DNA of 64,000 nt from Antechinus flavipes (lineage: Eukaryota), in assembly GCF_016432865.1 (NCBI RefSeq), contig NC_067399.1:641824001-641888000 (forward strand), in the 5' to 3' direction. Under the pieces are notes generated by a model that saw nothing but the letters and a program-made list of their open reading frames with translations, was not told where the DNA came from and searched no databases. The position numbers and the translations under genes were made by a program. Positions 1-11,897 of this stretch are shown in pieces (position 1 is the first letter of the stretch; each line of letters begins with the position of its first letter).

Positions 1-379
1 TCCCAATAAAATGACAATTTTTTTAGCAAGTTATGTTTACTTTAGCTTGTATTTATCAAGTTGATTTTGGTAGGGTCAAGTGTCTAAAAGTTTTACATTT
101 ATATCTTGTAAATGTAATTTTTATAAGATGGGACCTAATATTCCAGACCAGTGCTTCTTACATCTTTGCTACTTGCAACCCCTTTTCACCTGAGAAATTT
201 TTATGTGATCCCAGTTATACAAATAAAATATTGGTGATAATAAATCATAATTTCATGACTCTCACATTCAATTATGAGATCCCATATGGGGTTGCAACTC
301 ACAATTTAAGAAGTTGGGTTCTAGACTGTTAAGATCTTTGTGGACCCCCATTCTGTCAACCAATAAGATACTTAACCTT

Positions 380-720
380 TCAGCTTTGGGTCGCGTACAA
401 ATATTATAGGCAAGAATGTCACTTATGCCTTTATGCAAGTTATTGATTAAAAAAATAGTGGTATTAACAAGAGGTGCCCAGGGCCCTCCATTGGAGAACT
501 TTCATACTGACATAGAACAATTAATGATGCCTTTTTGACCTTGGCCATTCCACTGGTTATGAATTCAGCTAATTGCATTAACACCTCATCTCTATCCTGT
601 TCACAAGAATAAATAGCATGAGAGACTTTGCCAAATAGATTGCTAAAGTCTAGGTAAACTAAATTAATAATATTCTTTTGATATACAAATCTATTAACCT
701 TTTTTTTTATAAAAAGGTTT
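380..720 (-). mobile_element. L3/CR1 LINE relic (RT region)
   Basis: The reverse complement of 631-660 translates VYLDFSNLFG, a decayed CR1 VYLDFSKAFD motif. Confidence 0.7.
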
Positions 721-3195
721 TAAAATATTTTAAAGTATTTCCTTTTATAAAAAAGCAAATGAAACTAGTTTAGCATGTTTGCATGGTGGCTGTTTTTTTC
801 TTAGAAGATTATAAAGCATCAAGTGACTGAAGACTTTGGCCCATTCACCATGATCACTGTTCTGAGCCACTATGAGAGAGAGAGATTTGTCATATTTCTT
901 TCTGGAATAAATTTTCTTTTTCATTTAATCAAGCCTATAATTGAATTGAAAGATTCTCATTTCTCCATTTTGAGTGAATGCTAGGTAAATTTATCGGCCA
1001 ACATATGCTAGCAATTACACTAGATATTGTATGATGACTGGAATTGAGCAAATATTATCTGTGTATGTATGCTATTGTAATAAAGATATTGGCTTTGCTT
1101 CTTCCCCAAACATATTTTGTAGCTCTATAAGAACAAAAAATATATCTGTTTCTGCTAGCCAATACTAATCAAGCACCTGGATGGTTTCAAATTCCACCCA
1201 ATTGATTAACTATAAATAATTCTCATCTTCTGGTTTCCTGGACAAATCTTTTGCATTATTTACTTTTCTTTTTCTTTCCTAACTGAATAAGTTGAACAAT
1301 TGAACAATCAGAAACTTCTTATTCTGGGACATACTCAAATCCAACCAGACAATGAGAGTGTAAACTCATTTAAGGCCAGAGGGCCATTTCTCATTTTTCT
1401 CTTAGATATCCCACATCCTTAGAACAAAATATGTTATTTTGGTGAGAAGGAATGTTTAGAGTGCTAATTTTACCAGAGGGAGAAATCTCTGCCTGCCAAT
1501 ACAGATAAACAACTTGGAGTTTTGGAGAATTGCTTAGAGGGCATGGAGAGATTAAATGACATGTCTAGGGCCATAAGCCAGTCTATGTCAGACACATGGC
1601 TTGACTCCAGGGTTGGCCCTCTATCCACTGTGCTAAACTGGCTCTGTGGAATACAATAGGTACTTCCTGCTCCTTGAATTCAAACTAATTTGAATTGAAG
1701 ATGATTAACAAGTATGATTACTCCTTTGCCTCCTCTGAGATTAAGGATAAATTGCATCACACACAGAAGATCTGTCATTTGGACAGGATTGTGCTTTCAT
1801 TTGGGGAAAGATTCTAAAGATATTTGGGAACAGAGATCTCCCCAAGATGAGGCAGAGTTGTAGATGAGTTAGTGTTATTATAAGTCCTAAAGTGTCACTT
1901 GAGGTACTTAGAGGTTAAGTGAGCCATCCAGAGTTCCATAACTAGTAAGTATTAAAGTAGGATTTTAACCTTGATCTTTCTGTTATTAAGCTTACAATGG
2001 TATCTACTATGCAAAACTGCCTTCCACACTTCAAATGAAGATACTATTTCCCTTCTGTATATCTTTGGAATCTATTGTTTCATTCCATATTCCCAGGGCA
2101 AGGAGAGGGCCTTTTGTAGTTTATGGTCCCCCTCACTTAGAAGCTTGGAAAGCTCCCTGGGAATGCCTAATTGTCCTGAAATACTGGTAGCCCATTTTGT
2201 AGGTACAAATACGGTAGGATTCATGAAAAGGAAATCTGTTGAAAGTTCAGTGGGAAATGTCAAGGCAGAAAGGGGAACTACTGAAGGTCATCATTATAAG
2301 TCACCCATATTTTTACATCATGTTTAAGATGTTAGGAAATTCCATGGGATTCATTTTGGGGAACATGGAGAGAAACCGATGACAATGATTAGACAGGACC
2401 ACGAAAAGGGGGAAAAGTGATCTCCCAAAGCTTAAGCATTTAGGTGTCTTTCCCCTCTCTTCTCACCATCCCTGAGGTCATTTCTTATTTAAACAAGGCA
2501 AGATTACTGTAGACAGGCAGGCCGATGGAAAGATGATTGAATTTGACTGAAGAACATCAGAAAAGGAGTGGATGAGTGTGAACTTCTGCTTGGTCATAGA
2601 ATTTTTTCCCAAATCAAATCCCAACCCTATTTGCTCTAGCTTGTAAAATTACAACCAGAGAGAGCCCAGTTGACAACAAAGCATCCTGAGGACAACTCCT
2701 ATGTAACATAAACCAAGATACATGCCATTTGATATAGGGAAAATGCCTTTTCCTCTCTGAACCCCATTTTATATGATGGGGAAAACATTCAGGAATTCCT
2801 TGCTTCCTTAACTTTTTGAGCTGAGAAGGCATTGCCCAGAAATTACATATGTGCAAACTGAGTCCTATTTTAAACATATCAGGAGAGTTTGACATATCAA
2901 AGATCCTGGTGGTAAATCTTTTCACCAAATGGAGAATATTTCTCTAACTTGAAGAATGTCCTCCTTTGCACTCTTTCTCTCCTCTCCCATTGGTATCAGT
3001 CTAGATTTTTATGTGTAGAATTCACTTTCAGAACACACAAGCATTTGCTATCCCTGCGAGATGTGTAATCTCCACATAGGAAACTCATGACTCAAGAGGT
3101 GTCCATTCCCAACCCTTCATTATTATCCCCTCCCCCTCCAAGGTGAGACATCTCCTGTAAATGTACTTCTCTCCAGAAGGCAGAGAGATACTCAC

Positions 3196-3528
3196 TGTTT
3201 CTTGAAGAGGCTCCAGAGGTTTTACTTCAGTCAGTGATGGTATAGAAAGGCACTTGTCCACAAAGATTTTTGGCTTGGGTGTTGGGTCTAGCTCTGTCAC
3301 TAGTTCTAGCTCTGGTTCTGACTCTGCATGTGATTCTTCCTCTGGCTCTGGTTCTAGTTCCGACTCTGGATCAGGATCAGGAAATGGATCAGAGCCTGAC
3401 TCTACATCTGGGCTTACATAGCCCTTGAACCACGATTCACGGATGTTGCCAAGTTCCGCATCTAAGAGTGTAGGGTTCAGGACAGGAACGTCTGCACAAT
3501 TGTTAGGAGTCATAAAGTTGTCTGGCCT
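3196..3528 (-). CDS. CCDC33: CCDC33 coding exon i (phase 0 to 0, 111 codons): RPDNFMTPNNCADVPVLNPTLLDAELGNIRESW ... acidic repeat ... VKPLEPLQET
   Basis: Acceptor tgttcttgtctttatttcccag|AGG and donor ACA|gtgagt. It is the core of track ORF 3085..3588. The N-terminal part matches recalled human [33 protein letters not shown]. Confidence 0.92.
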
Positions 3529-4044
3529 CTGGGAAATAAAGACAAGAACAGATTTAAGAGGAGTAGTGCTTCTGATTTTTGACCTCACAATATGGGATGG
3601 TTCAAAGCATCATTGTAAAGTGAAAGAACATGGGAATTAGAATCAGATAATCTGGCTTTAAATCCAGGCTTGGTTTCTTGCGCTCCTTACTTCACAGATG
3701 ATTTGTGAAAATAATGTTTTGTGAATTGTAAAGCACTACTGTTCTGCCTGGAACATAGTTGGTAATAAGTGCTTGCATAATGGGAGTGGTCCTTAACAAT
3801 TCACTTGTCTAGGGCCTACATCCAACCCAGGATTCTGAAAAAAAATTGGTAAATTAAGTTAACCTCAGTATTGAGGCAGTATGTGCTTATTTGCCTATGG
3901 CAGGTCATAGAGCTTTGGGAGTAAAAATAGAACTTGTTTTGTTTCAAAGATTTATTTGCATATGAAAAGTTAAGAGAATTTTGAAGTTACTAGGAAAATA
4001 ACATCAAAACTGTTTTATGATTATGGAACACATGGAGACAGTTA

Positions 4045-4263
4045 GGAGGCACAGTGAATGAAGTGTTGGGTTGAGAGTCAGAAAGATCTGAGTTCAAATC
4101 TGACTTTAGACACTTTCTGTGTGACTTCTAGGGCAAGTCACTTAACCTCATTTGTCACTTTCCTCATGAGTTGGAGGATATGGCAAACCACTCCAGTTAT
4201 TTTTGCCAAGAAAACTCCATATGGAGTCAGGAAGAGTTGGATACTACTGACATGACTGAACAA
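4045..4263 (+). mobile_element. MAR1-type marsupial CORE-SINE (tRNA-like head, RTE/Bov-B-like tail)
   Basis: Head gatctgagttcaaatctgac; tail ggcaaaccactccagttattttgccaagaaaactccatatggagtcaggaagagttgga...catgactgaacaa. Confidence 0.8.
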
Positions 4264-4961
4264 GTCCTTTACTGATTATAGCTCTGTTAGTGAAGAAGAA
4301 AAAAATGCTTCTAATCATAAAATAAGTTGAGATCTCTCTATAGAGAACTCAGCTATTTCACTGGGAATATATTGAAATCACAACACATACTCTCTGCACT
4401 GTCATTTGTTATCAGTTAGTTTTGATTTGGTTGGTAAAAAGAAAGATTGAAGCTGTTTCTATTATTTTGAGGAGAAAGTATGCTTTTCTCTCTACTTCTA
4501 TCTGAAGAAAATGAAAAGGAGGAAGAAGAGGAGTAGAAGAAGAAGAGGGAATATTTCTTTAGATGACTATTATTGCTGAAAGGTCAAAGAATTTTGTCAA
4601 AGGATAAAAATCAAAAGAAACTTCTGCCAAATGAATCATTGCTTTTTCCTTAAAAAGCACATATTTCAGTGGAAGGAACATGTACAGGTGAAACTGGAAA
4701 ATGCCAATTACTATAGTATCTCTTGAAAAGCGAATCCTGCTAGAACAACAATTTAAATGAAGAGCATTAAAGAAGAGACCTTTCGGATCAATTTCTTTAG
4801 CTGAGATGTCATGTTTAGTGAGGTGTTAGTCCAATGCAATGGGGAGAATCTCTCCTAATCAGTACAAGCATTTGTTTATACATAAGTTATGATCATTTTT
4901 GGACAGTTCCTGAAATCTCATTTACTCCACTAATGGTGATGATACCAAGACACTGTAGTTG

Positions 4962-5724
4962 CCAGGGGTAATTTTTTTTTACAACATTATCCCTTGCACT
5001 CGTTTCTGTTCCAATTTTTCCCCTCCCTCCCTCCACCCCCTCCCCTAGATGGCAAGCAGTCCTATATATGTTGGATATGTTGCAGTATATCCTAGATACA
5101 ATATATGTTTGCAGAACCGAACAGTTCTCTTGTTGCACAGGGAGAATTGGATTCAGAAGGTAAAAATAACCCGGGAAGAAAAACAAAGATGCGGATAGTT
5201 CACATTCGTTTCCCAGTGTTCTTTCTTTGGGTGTAGCTGCTTCTGTCCATCATTTATCCATTGAAACTCAGTTAGGTCTCTTTGTCAAAGAAGTCCACTT
5301 CCATCAGAATACATCCTCATACAATATCGTTGTCGAAGTGTATAATGATCTCCTGGTTCTGCTCATTTCACTTAGCATCAGTTCATGTAAGTCTCGCCAG
5401 TCCTCTCTGTATTCATCCTGCTGGTCATTTCTTACAGAACAATAATATTCCATAACATTCATATACCACAATTTACCCAGCCATTCTCCAATTGATGGGC
5501 ATCCATTCATTTTCCAGTTTCTAGCCACTACAAACAGGGCTGCCACAAACATTTTGGCACATACAGGTCCCTTTCCCTTCTTTAGTATTTCTTTGGGGTA
5601 TAAGCCCAATAGAAACACTGCTGGATCAAAGGATATGCACAATTTGATAACTTTTTGGGCATAATTCCAGATTGCTCTCCAGAATGGTTGGATTCGTTCA
5701 CAACTCCACCAACAATGAATCAAG
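4962..5724 (-). mobile_element. Young L1 fragment (ORF2 C-terminus plus 3' UTR), 5'-truncated, no poly(A) tail
   Basis: Track ORF 5304..5723 (IHCWWSCE...PSIGEWLGKLWY) is the L1 ORF2p C-terminus. A 14 bp direct repeat agacactgtagttg flanks it at 4948-4961 and 5725-5738. Confidence 0.92.
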
Positions 5725-5799
5725 AGACACTGTAGTTGAGTTTAAGATCTTAGTCACCAACTCCTAAATGCCTCCTATAAATTAAAGGAGATCACAGAG

Positions 5800-6140
5800 G
5801 GTGCAATGAGAATGATAAGTGGATTAGAAACTATACCTTATGGGGATCATTTGAGAGAAATGATGTTGTTTAACCTGGAAAAGAGAAGACTTGACTGGTG
5901 ACATGATATTTGTCTTCAAGTATTTCAAAGTTTACCATGGGAATGGGATTTGTCTTGCTTGGCTTGGTCCCAAAGAGCAGACCCAGCTACAGTGACCTGG
6001 AGTTGAAAAGGCAATCTCTCAAATCCAAATGTAGTATTGTCTTCCTCAGAAGATGGAGGGTTTCCCATCTCTGGAAGTCTCCAGATGGTAGGTGGATGAT
6101 CACTTGAGCTGATTCTTAGGAATAGGTCAGATCAGATGCC
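5800..6140 (+). mobile_element. L3/CR1 3' fragment
   Basis: tttaacctggaaaagagaagactt...tgtcttcaagtatttcaaag...gatttgtcttgcttgg resembles the L3 3' consensus. Confidence 0.75.
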
Positions 6141-8773
6141 TGCTTGTCTAGTTTCATGAAAGGCTTGTCATGAAGTATTATTGAAGAATCATCAGTATCT
6201 GTAGCAGTCTTGATTATCTCCACAGAGATATTTCTTTTAGTTTGAATTTTGAAACTACTGAATCACAGAAACTCTTTGTACTGCATACTATAGGTCTTGA
6301 TGCTTACTAGTTTATTTAGGGAGAGAATCTGGTATAGTGGAAAATACACTACACATTCAATCAAGAGACGTGGATTCTGATTCTGGCATTAACATATACT
6401 AGCTGTGGACAAATCACTTCCCTTCATTTTCCTCAGTTCCTCTCTTTGTAAAATGAGGAGCTTGGATTAGATCAGGGCTTTTAAGCTTAATTTTGGTTTT
6501 AAAAATGTTTTGATAAGTATATTATAATATATCTTTATTTCATACATTTAAAAACATTGTTCTGAGGATTCCATAGTTCAAAAGTTCAGTTGGTGGTACA
6601 AAATAAAGATGAAGAACAACTTAGTTGATATCTAAGGTTCCTTCCAGCTTTGACATTATACGATTCAGTTCTCTAATTGTTTCACACAGGCTGGTCTTCT
6701 TTCTCTAAGATTAGACTATTTATTAGTTATTTAAGGGGCTGTCTGTCTCACAAAGAAGGTTGGCACAGAGGATGGTGCTTGTTAAATGTTTGCTGAATGA
6801 ATTAGTTTAGTTTAGTCAGCTAAGTTGGACAGCTCGGGTGTAGTCGATCTAACCAATTTCCCATTGGCCCAGAAGCCCCTGGGGCAGGAGCAAGATGCTG
6901 ATCTTGCCCCTAATGCAATTTGTCTTCATTTCCAGGCAATGAGCTGGTTTCCCTTCCCCCAGCTCCTCTAGGCTTGAGCCCTGGATTTCATAGACTTCAG
7001 ACTAATCAGGTTATGGGAGGAAGTGGAAGTAATGAAATCAACACAGGAGTCTACTAAGCCCCCAGCACATCTCTGATAGCAGGGTCAGGAGCATAAGTCC
7101 CAAAGGGACCTTCTATAAAAGCTCTCCCCTTTCCTACCACATACACACAGAGAGACAGTTTCAAGTCTATTCTTTTGGGTGCTTCTTCCAGAGAAGACAA
7201 TTCTTTCTATGATTGGCATCTGGCTGAGACGTAGACCAGCTGGTATAAGACATAGAGATCTGGCAATGACATAGCCTAAGGAATGAGAGGATAATATTGT
7301 AGTAGAAACATGAAAGCAGAAGCTGAAAAGTTTGCATTCTAGTCTTAAGGCTGCCATTGACTTCACGTGGTGACTGAAAAATTGCTGAACCTCTCTAATC
7401 CTGTTCTTTCACCTATAAAAATTAAGAGCTTGGCTTCAGAATCCCTTAGTTCTACTAGAGATCTACTGGGATCTCATTCTAAAGTTTAGGTCAGTGGCCA
7501 CGAACCCAGATCATCTTTGTCAGGGAAATAAGAGAGTACAAAAGGAATAGAATGAGTAGGAAAATTGATTCCCAAACCCTTCTCTTTGTGACTCTGAGTA
7601 AGTTACTTAGAACACAGTGTTTTGCAGTGAGAACAGTGGAGTCAGAGGACCCGAGTTCAGATCTCACCCTTGGAAATTCCTAACCAAGAGATCCCAAAAG
7701 GTAAATCCCTCATTTCCTCAACTGTAAAATGAGAAAATATGATTAGACGGCCTCTAAAGTGTCTTCCAGCTTTGTGGTTGTACAGTTCATCAATTATGCT
7801 TGACTTCATGACCCCATATATAATTTTCTTAGGAAAGATACTGGGATGGTTTGTCTTTTCCTTCTCTAGTGAATTAAAGCAAACAGAAGCTACTTACTGG
7901 CAAACACTGCTAGTGAGTATCTGAGGCTGGAATTGAATTCAGTTCTTCCTGACTCCAAGCCTAGCAATGAGCAACCTAGCTGCATCCAAGACAAACAGAG
8001 GTTAAAATTCTGTCCAGGCTCACATAGCTAATAAGTGTCTGAGACTGGATTTGAATTCAGGTGTTCTTGATTCCCAGCTCAGTGCTCTATTCACTGCCTC
8101 AGTTCCAGTTTTAGTTATATGATTTATGACCTAAAATTAGTGACAGTTCTTCAGCAGTACATGATGACAACTGGATTACTAGCCACCTGATCTGATGATT
8201 CCTAACTAAGAATCTCTTCTGGTGATCATTCAGTCATCATCTGGGGGACCTCCAGAAACAGGAAACCCTTCATCTTCCGAGTAAGACAACCCATTTGGAT
8301 TTGGAAGATTGCCTCTTCAACTTCAGGCCATTGCAATTAGTTCGGCATTTGTGGGGTAAACCAAGCAAGACAAATCCTAGAACACTTTGTATATGAGTAA
8401 TAGACATTTTTGCTAATGTAACTGCACTGCATTGAATTTCTGCCCCACTTGTCTATGAATGCAATAATAACAATTTCTATTTATCATGCCTTCATATAAT
8501 AGACACTTAATAAATGCTTCAGGACTTGCTGACTTTCACATGCACTATCTTATTTGATCCTCATGGCAATCCTGTAAGCTAGAAAGAATGGATATTACTA
8601 AGCCATTTTACAGATGAGGAAAATGAAACTTAGGCCAAAGTCATCTGATCAATTCTTCTGTCTTCTAGTCCACTGTTCTTTTTATTGTTCTTCTTTGTCT
8701 ATCTAATATAGATTCCAAGATTTGTTCACCAATTCCCAAGCCTAATCCAACCAATCTCTTGTTTCTACAGAGC

Positions 8774-8841
8774 CAAATGGTCTCCTAGAGCTATTCTTAA
8801 ATCTGCTTACAAATGGTCTCCTAGAGCTATTCTTAAATCTG
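8774..8841. repeat. 36 bp tandem duplication
   Basis: caaatggtctcctagagctattcttaaatctg occurs at 8774 and 8810. Confidence 0.95.
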
Positions 8842-8858
8842 TTTGGGATTATTCCTAC

Positions 8859-8996
8859 CTGACATGAGGGTGAGGAAGAGTGTTCCTGTGGTGAATAGGC
8901 AACATATTTATCGGCATCTTCCATATAATAATTGTATGGATATTCCATATAAGATCTTAGGACCATGGGATACAGAACAGGAATCATAAGATTCAT
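8859..8996 (-). CDS. Candidate alternative CCDC33 exon (possible first exon of a short isoform): MNLMIPVLYPMVLRSYMEYPYNYYMEDADKYVAYSPQEHSSSPSCQ
   Basis: 46 open codons from the ATG at 8996 end at CAG|gtagga in phase 0, compatible with exon i. No transcript evidence. Confidence 0.35.
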
Positions 8997-9064
8997 AGAC
9001 AGAATTACAAAATCTCAGAGACAGAAAGGATCTTCTTGTCATCAGCACTGTTCAGCACTGTCTG

Positions 9065-9262
9065 ATTCTTTCTGATCCCATTTGGGGCTTTCTTGGCAAA
9101 GACACTGGAGTGACTCTGGTATTTCCTTCTCTAGCTCATTTTACGAATGAAGAAACTGAGGCAAACAGGTTTAAATGACTTGTCCAGGATTACATGGCTA
9201 GTAGATGAAGGAAAATTTGACTCTGGGCCTAGCACTCTACCCAGTGCATCACCTAACTGCCT
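9065..9262 (-). mobile_element. MAR1-type SINE
   Basis: cccatttggggctttcttggcaaagacactggagtgact...catcacctaactgcc is the reverse of the MAR1 layout. Confidence 0.8.
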
Positions 9263-9539
9263 AGAAAGGAGCTTAGAGTCATTTAATATAATTTATGATA
9301 TGTCATAAAAATTCCTATCTGTATAGACACCATAGTTTGAATATCTATTCCAAGTGGTTATTCAGACTCTTCTTGCAGACCTCTATTAGGCTACATCCAT
9401 AATACTCTACAAGATAGCCAGTTCCACTATGGAACAGGTCTAGCTGTTGGGAAGTCTTTTTCTAATTATTCCAAGCCTAAATCTATTCTCTATAACTTCC
9501 AGCCATTGCTTTTGTCCTACTCTCTTGAAAAAATATTAC

Positions 9540-10478
9540 CTTGGTCTAAATCATTATTGATCAGAAAAATGCAAATTAAGACAACTTTGAAATACCACTA
9601 CACACCTATCAGATTGGCTAAGATGACAGGAAAAGATAATGACAAATGTTGGAGGGGATGTGGGAAAACTGGGACACTAATACATTGTTGGTGGAATTGC
9701 AAACAGATTCAACCATTGTGGAGAGCAATTTGGAACTATGCTCAAAGAATCATCAAATTGTGCATACCCTTTCATCCAGCAGTGTTTCTACTGGACTTAT
9801 ATCCCAAAGGGATTTTAAAGGAGGGAAAGGGACCCACATGTTCAAAAATGTTTATGGCAGCCCTCTTTGTAGAGGCTAGAAACTGGAAATGGAGTGGATG
9901 CCCATAAATTGGAGAATGGCTGAATAAATTATGGTTACATGAGTGTTATGGAATATTATTGTTCTGTAAGTAATGATCAGCAGGATGATTTCAGAAAGGC
10001 CTAGAGAGACTTATATGAACTGATGCTGAATGAAATGAGCAGAACCAGGAGATCATTATCCATGGCAACAACAAGATTATACAATGATCAGTTCTGATGG
10101 ACGTGGCTCTTCAACAACGATATGATTCAGATTAGTTCCAATGATCTTGTGATGAAGAGAGCCATCTACACCCAGAGAGAGGACTGTGGGAACTGAATGT
10201 GGATCACAACATAGCATTTTCACTTTTTTGTTGTTGTTTGCTTGCATTTTTTTCTGGTCTGATTTGATTTTTCTTGTGCAGCAAGATAATTGTATAAATA
10301 TGTATGCATATATTGGATTTAATATACATTTCTACATGTTTAACATATAATGGACTACTTGCCATCTATGAGAGGGGATGGGGGAAGAGGAACAATTGGA
10401 ACACAAGGTTTTGCAAGGATTAATGTTGAAGAATTATTCATGGATATGTTTTGAAAAATAAAAAGCTTTAATAAAAAG
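9540..10478 (+). mobile_element. L1 3' fragment (ORF2 Cys-rich C-terminus plus 3' UTR), inserted in an L3/CR1 relic
   Basis: ORF 9506..9907 reads MQIKTTLKYHYTPIRLAK...CWRGCGKTGTLIHCWW, the L1 ORF2p zinc-knuckle region. An A-rich end follows near 10470. Confidence 0.92.
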
Positions 10479-11645
10479 AGAAATTAATGATTTGTATCAA
10501 TAAAAAGGATGAGCTAAGCGGAAAAAAGAAAAATTCTCTCTCTTCTAAATGTCAGCCATTCAAATATTTTCAGAAAGCATTCATACTCACCTATGGCCTC
10601 TCTAGGCTAAACAACCTTAATTTCTTTGAGTGATTCTAATACAAAATGGTCTCCAATCCTTTTGATCCCTTACTTTCTTCTTCTGGATATATTCTAGTGG
10701 GTTCTTTACTTTTTTGTATTATGAACTCTTTTGGCAGTATAGTCAATTTATAATCCCCTTTTCAAAATAGATTTTAGCTGCACATAAGATACATAGATTT
10801 ATAAAAGAAATCAATTTTATTGAAACAGTACTCAAACTTTTTTTTATACAAAAAATTCATGGATCCCAAGTCAAATATCTAGAACATACAACTTCATATG
10901 TAATGCAAACAAGATGGATTATAGGAGGACTATAGCTTCTCTTATTTTGGATCCCAAGCTTCTATTAATTGAGTTAAGATTTTTGGGTTTTCATGTCATA
11001 TCCTTGACTTATATTATAAACCCTAGGATTACTTTCACACAAACAAATGTCTAACCACGACTCTCTCATCATGTAGTTATAAAGCTGTTTTTTTGAAGTT
11101 GAAGCATATGATTGTAGATGTACCCATAATAAGTTGCTTCCCATAATTTAGTATCTTGAGTTCTTTTTTAGATCTTGACTATGACTATGATTTATCTAAC
11201 ATGTTAGGCACACTAGCCAGCTTTGTGCTGTCTGCCCACTTGATTAACATTCTATCTCTTCAAATCATAAAAATGGTAAAAAAAAAAAAAAGCACAGGGG
11301 CAAGGGTAAATCCTGGGGACACTCCACCAGGGACATCCCTCTAAGTTCATGTGTATTCATCACTAAAAATTCTTCGGGTCTAACATCCAATCAGTTCTAG
11401 TTTCACCCAGATATTCTGTTGTCTAATCCACATATCACTTTCTTGTTCACAAGGATCACATGAAGACTTTCTCAAATGATTTGCTAAAATCCAGGTATAG
11501 TACATGGATAAGATTTCACTGATCAATCTCTCTAGTTACTCTGTGAAAAACATAATTAGGTTAGTCCTTTCATGACTCATATTTAATGAAACCATGCTGG
11601 TTGTTATGGATCATTATTTCCTTTTCAAAATGTTCATGCATTATG

Positions 11646-11648
<3 letters not shown>

Positions 11649-11691
<43 letters not shown>
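11649..11691. repeat. (TA)n microsatellite
   Basis: Read directly, about 21 units. Confidence 0.98.
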
Positions 11692-11692
<1 letters not shown>

Positions 11693-11695
<3 letters not shown>

Positions 11696-11840
11696 AATCT
11701 AACATATATAGGACTGCTTGCCATCTAGGGGAGGGGGTGGAGGAAGGGAGGGGAAAAATCAGAACAGAAGTGAGTGCAAGGGATAATGTTGTAAAAAATG
11801 ACCCTGGCATGGATTCTGTCAATATAAAGTTATTATTAAA

Positions 11841-11847
<7 letters not shown>
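11693..11847 (+). mobile_element. L1 3' UTR tip flanked by (TA)n and (CA)n microsatellites
   Basis: ggactgcttgccatctaggggaggggg...ccctggcatggattctgtcaat, the same tip as the copies at 5.0, 25.3 and 41.7 kb. Confidence 0.88.

Positions 11848-11897
<50 letters not shown>
11848..11897. repeat. (CA)n(TA)n compound microsatellite at an L1 tail
   Basis: Read directly. Confidence 0.98.

Noticed and set aside
3085-3195. Read-through of exon i ORF (VSISLPSGEKYIYRRCLTLEGEG...stop), faintly like human MNNYRR...ILEGEN
   Set aside because: It begins at a strong donor (ACA|gtgagt). The resemblance is a few residues with wrong spacing, and I found no nearby poly(A) signal. Treated as intron.
7114-7122. 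TATAAAAG on the plus strand
   Set aside because: Several are expected by chance in 64 kb of AT-rich DNA, and there is no supporting downstream exon structure.
10585-10700. Strong minus-strand donor ag|gtgagt near 10591
   Set aside because: It lies inside an L3/CR1 relic, with no acceptor or usable frame.
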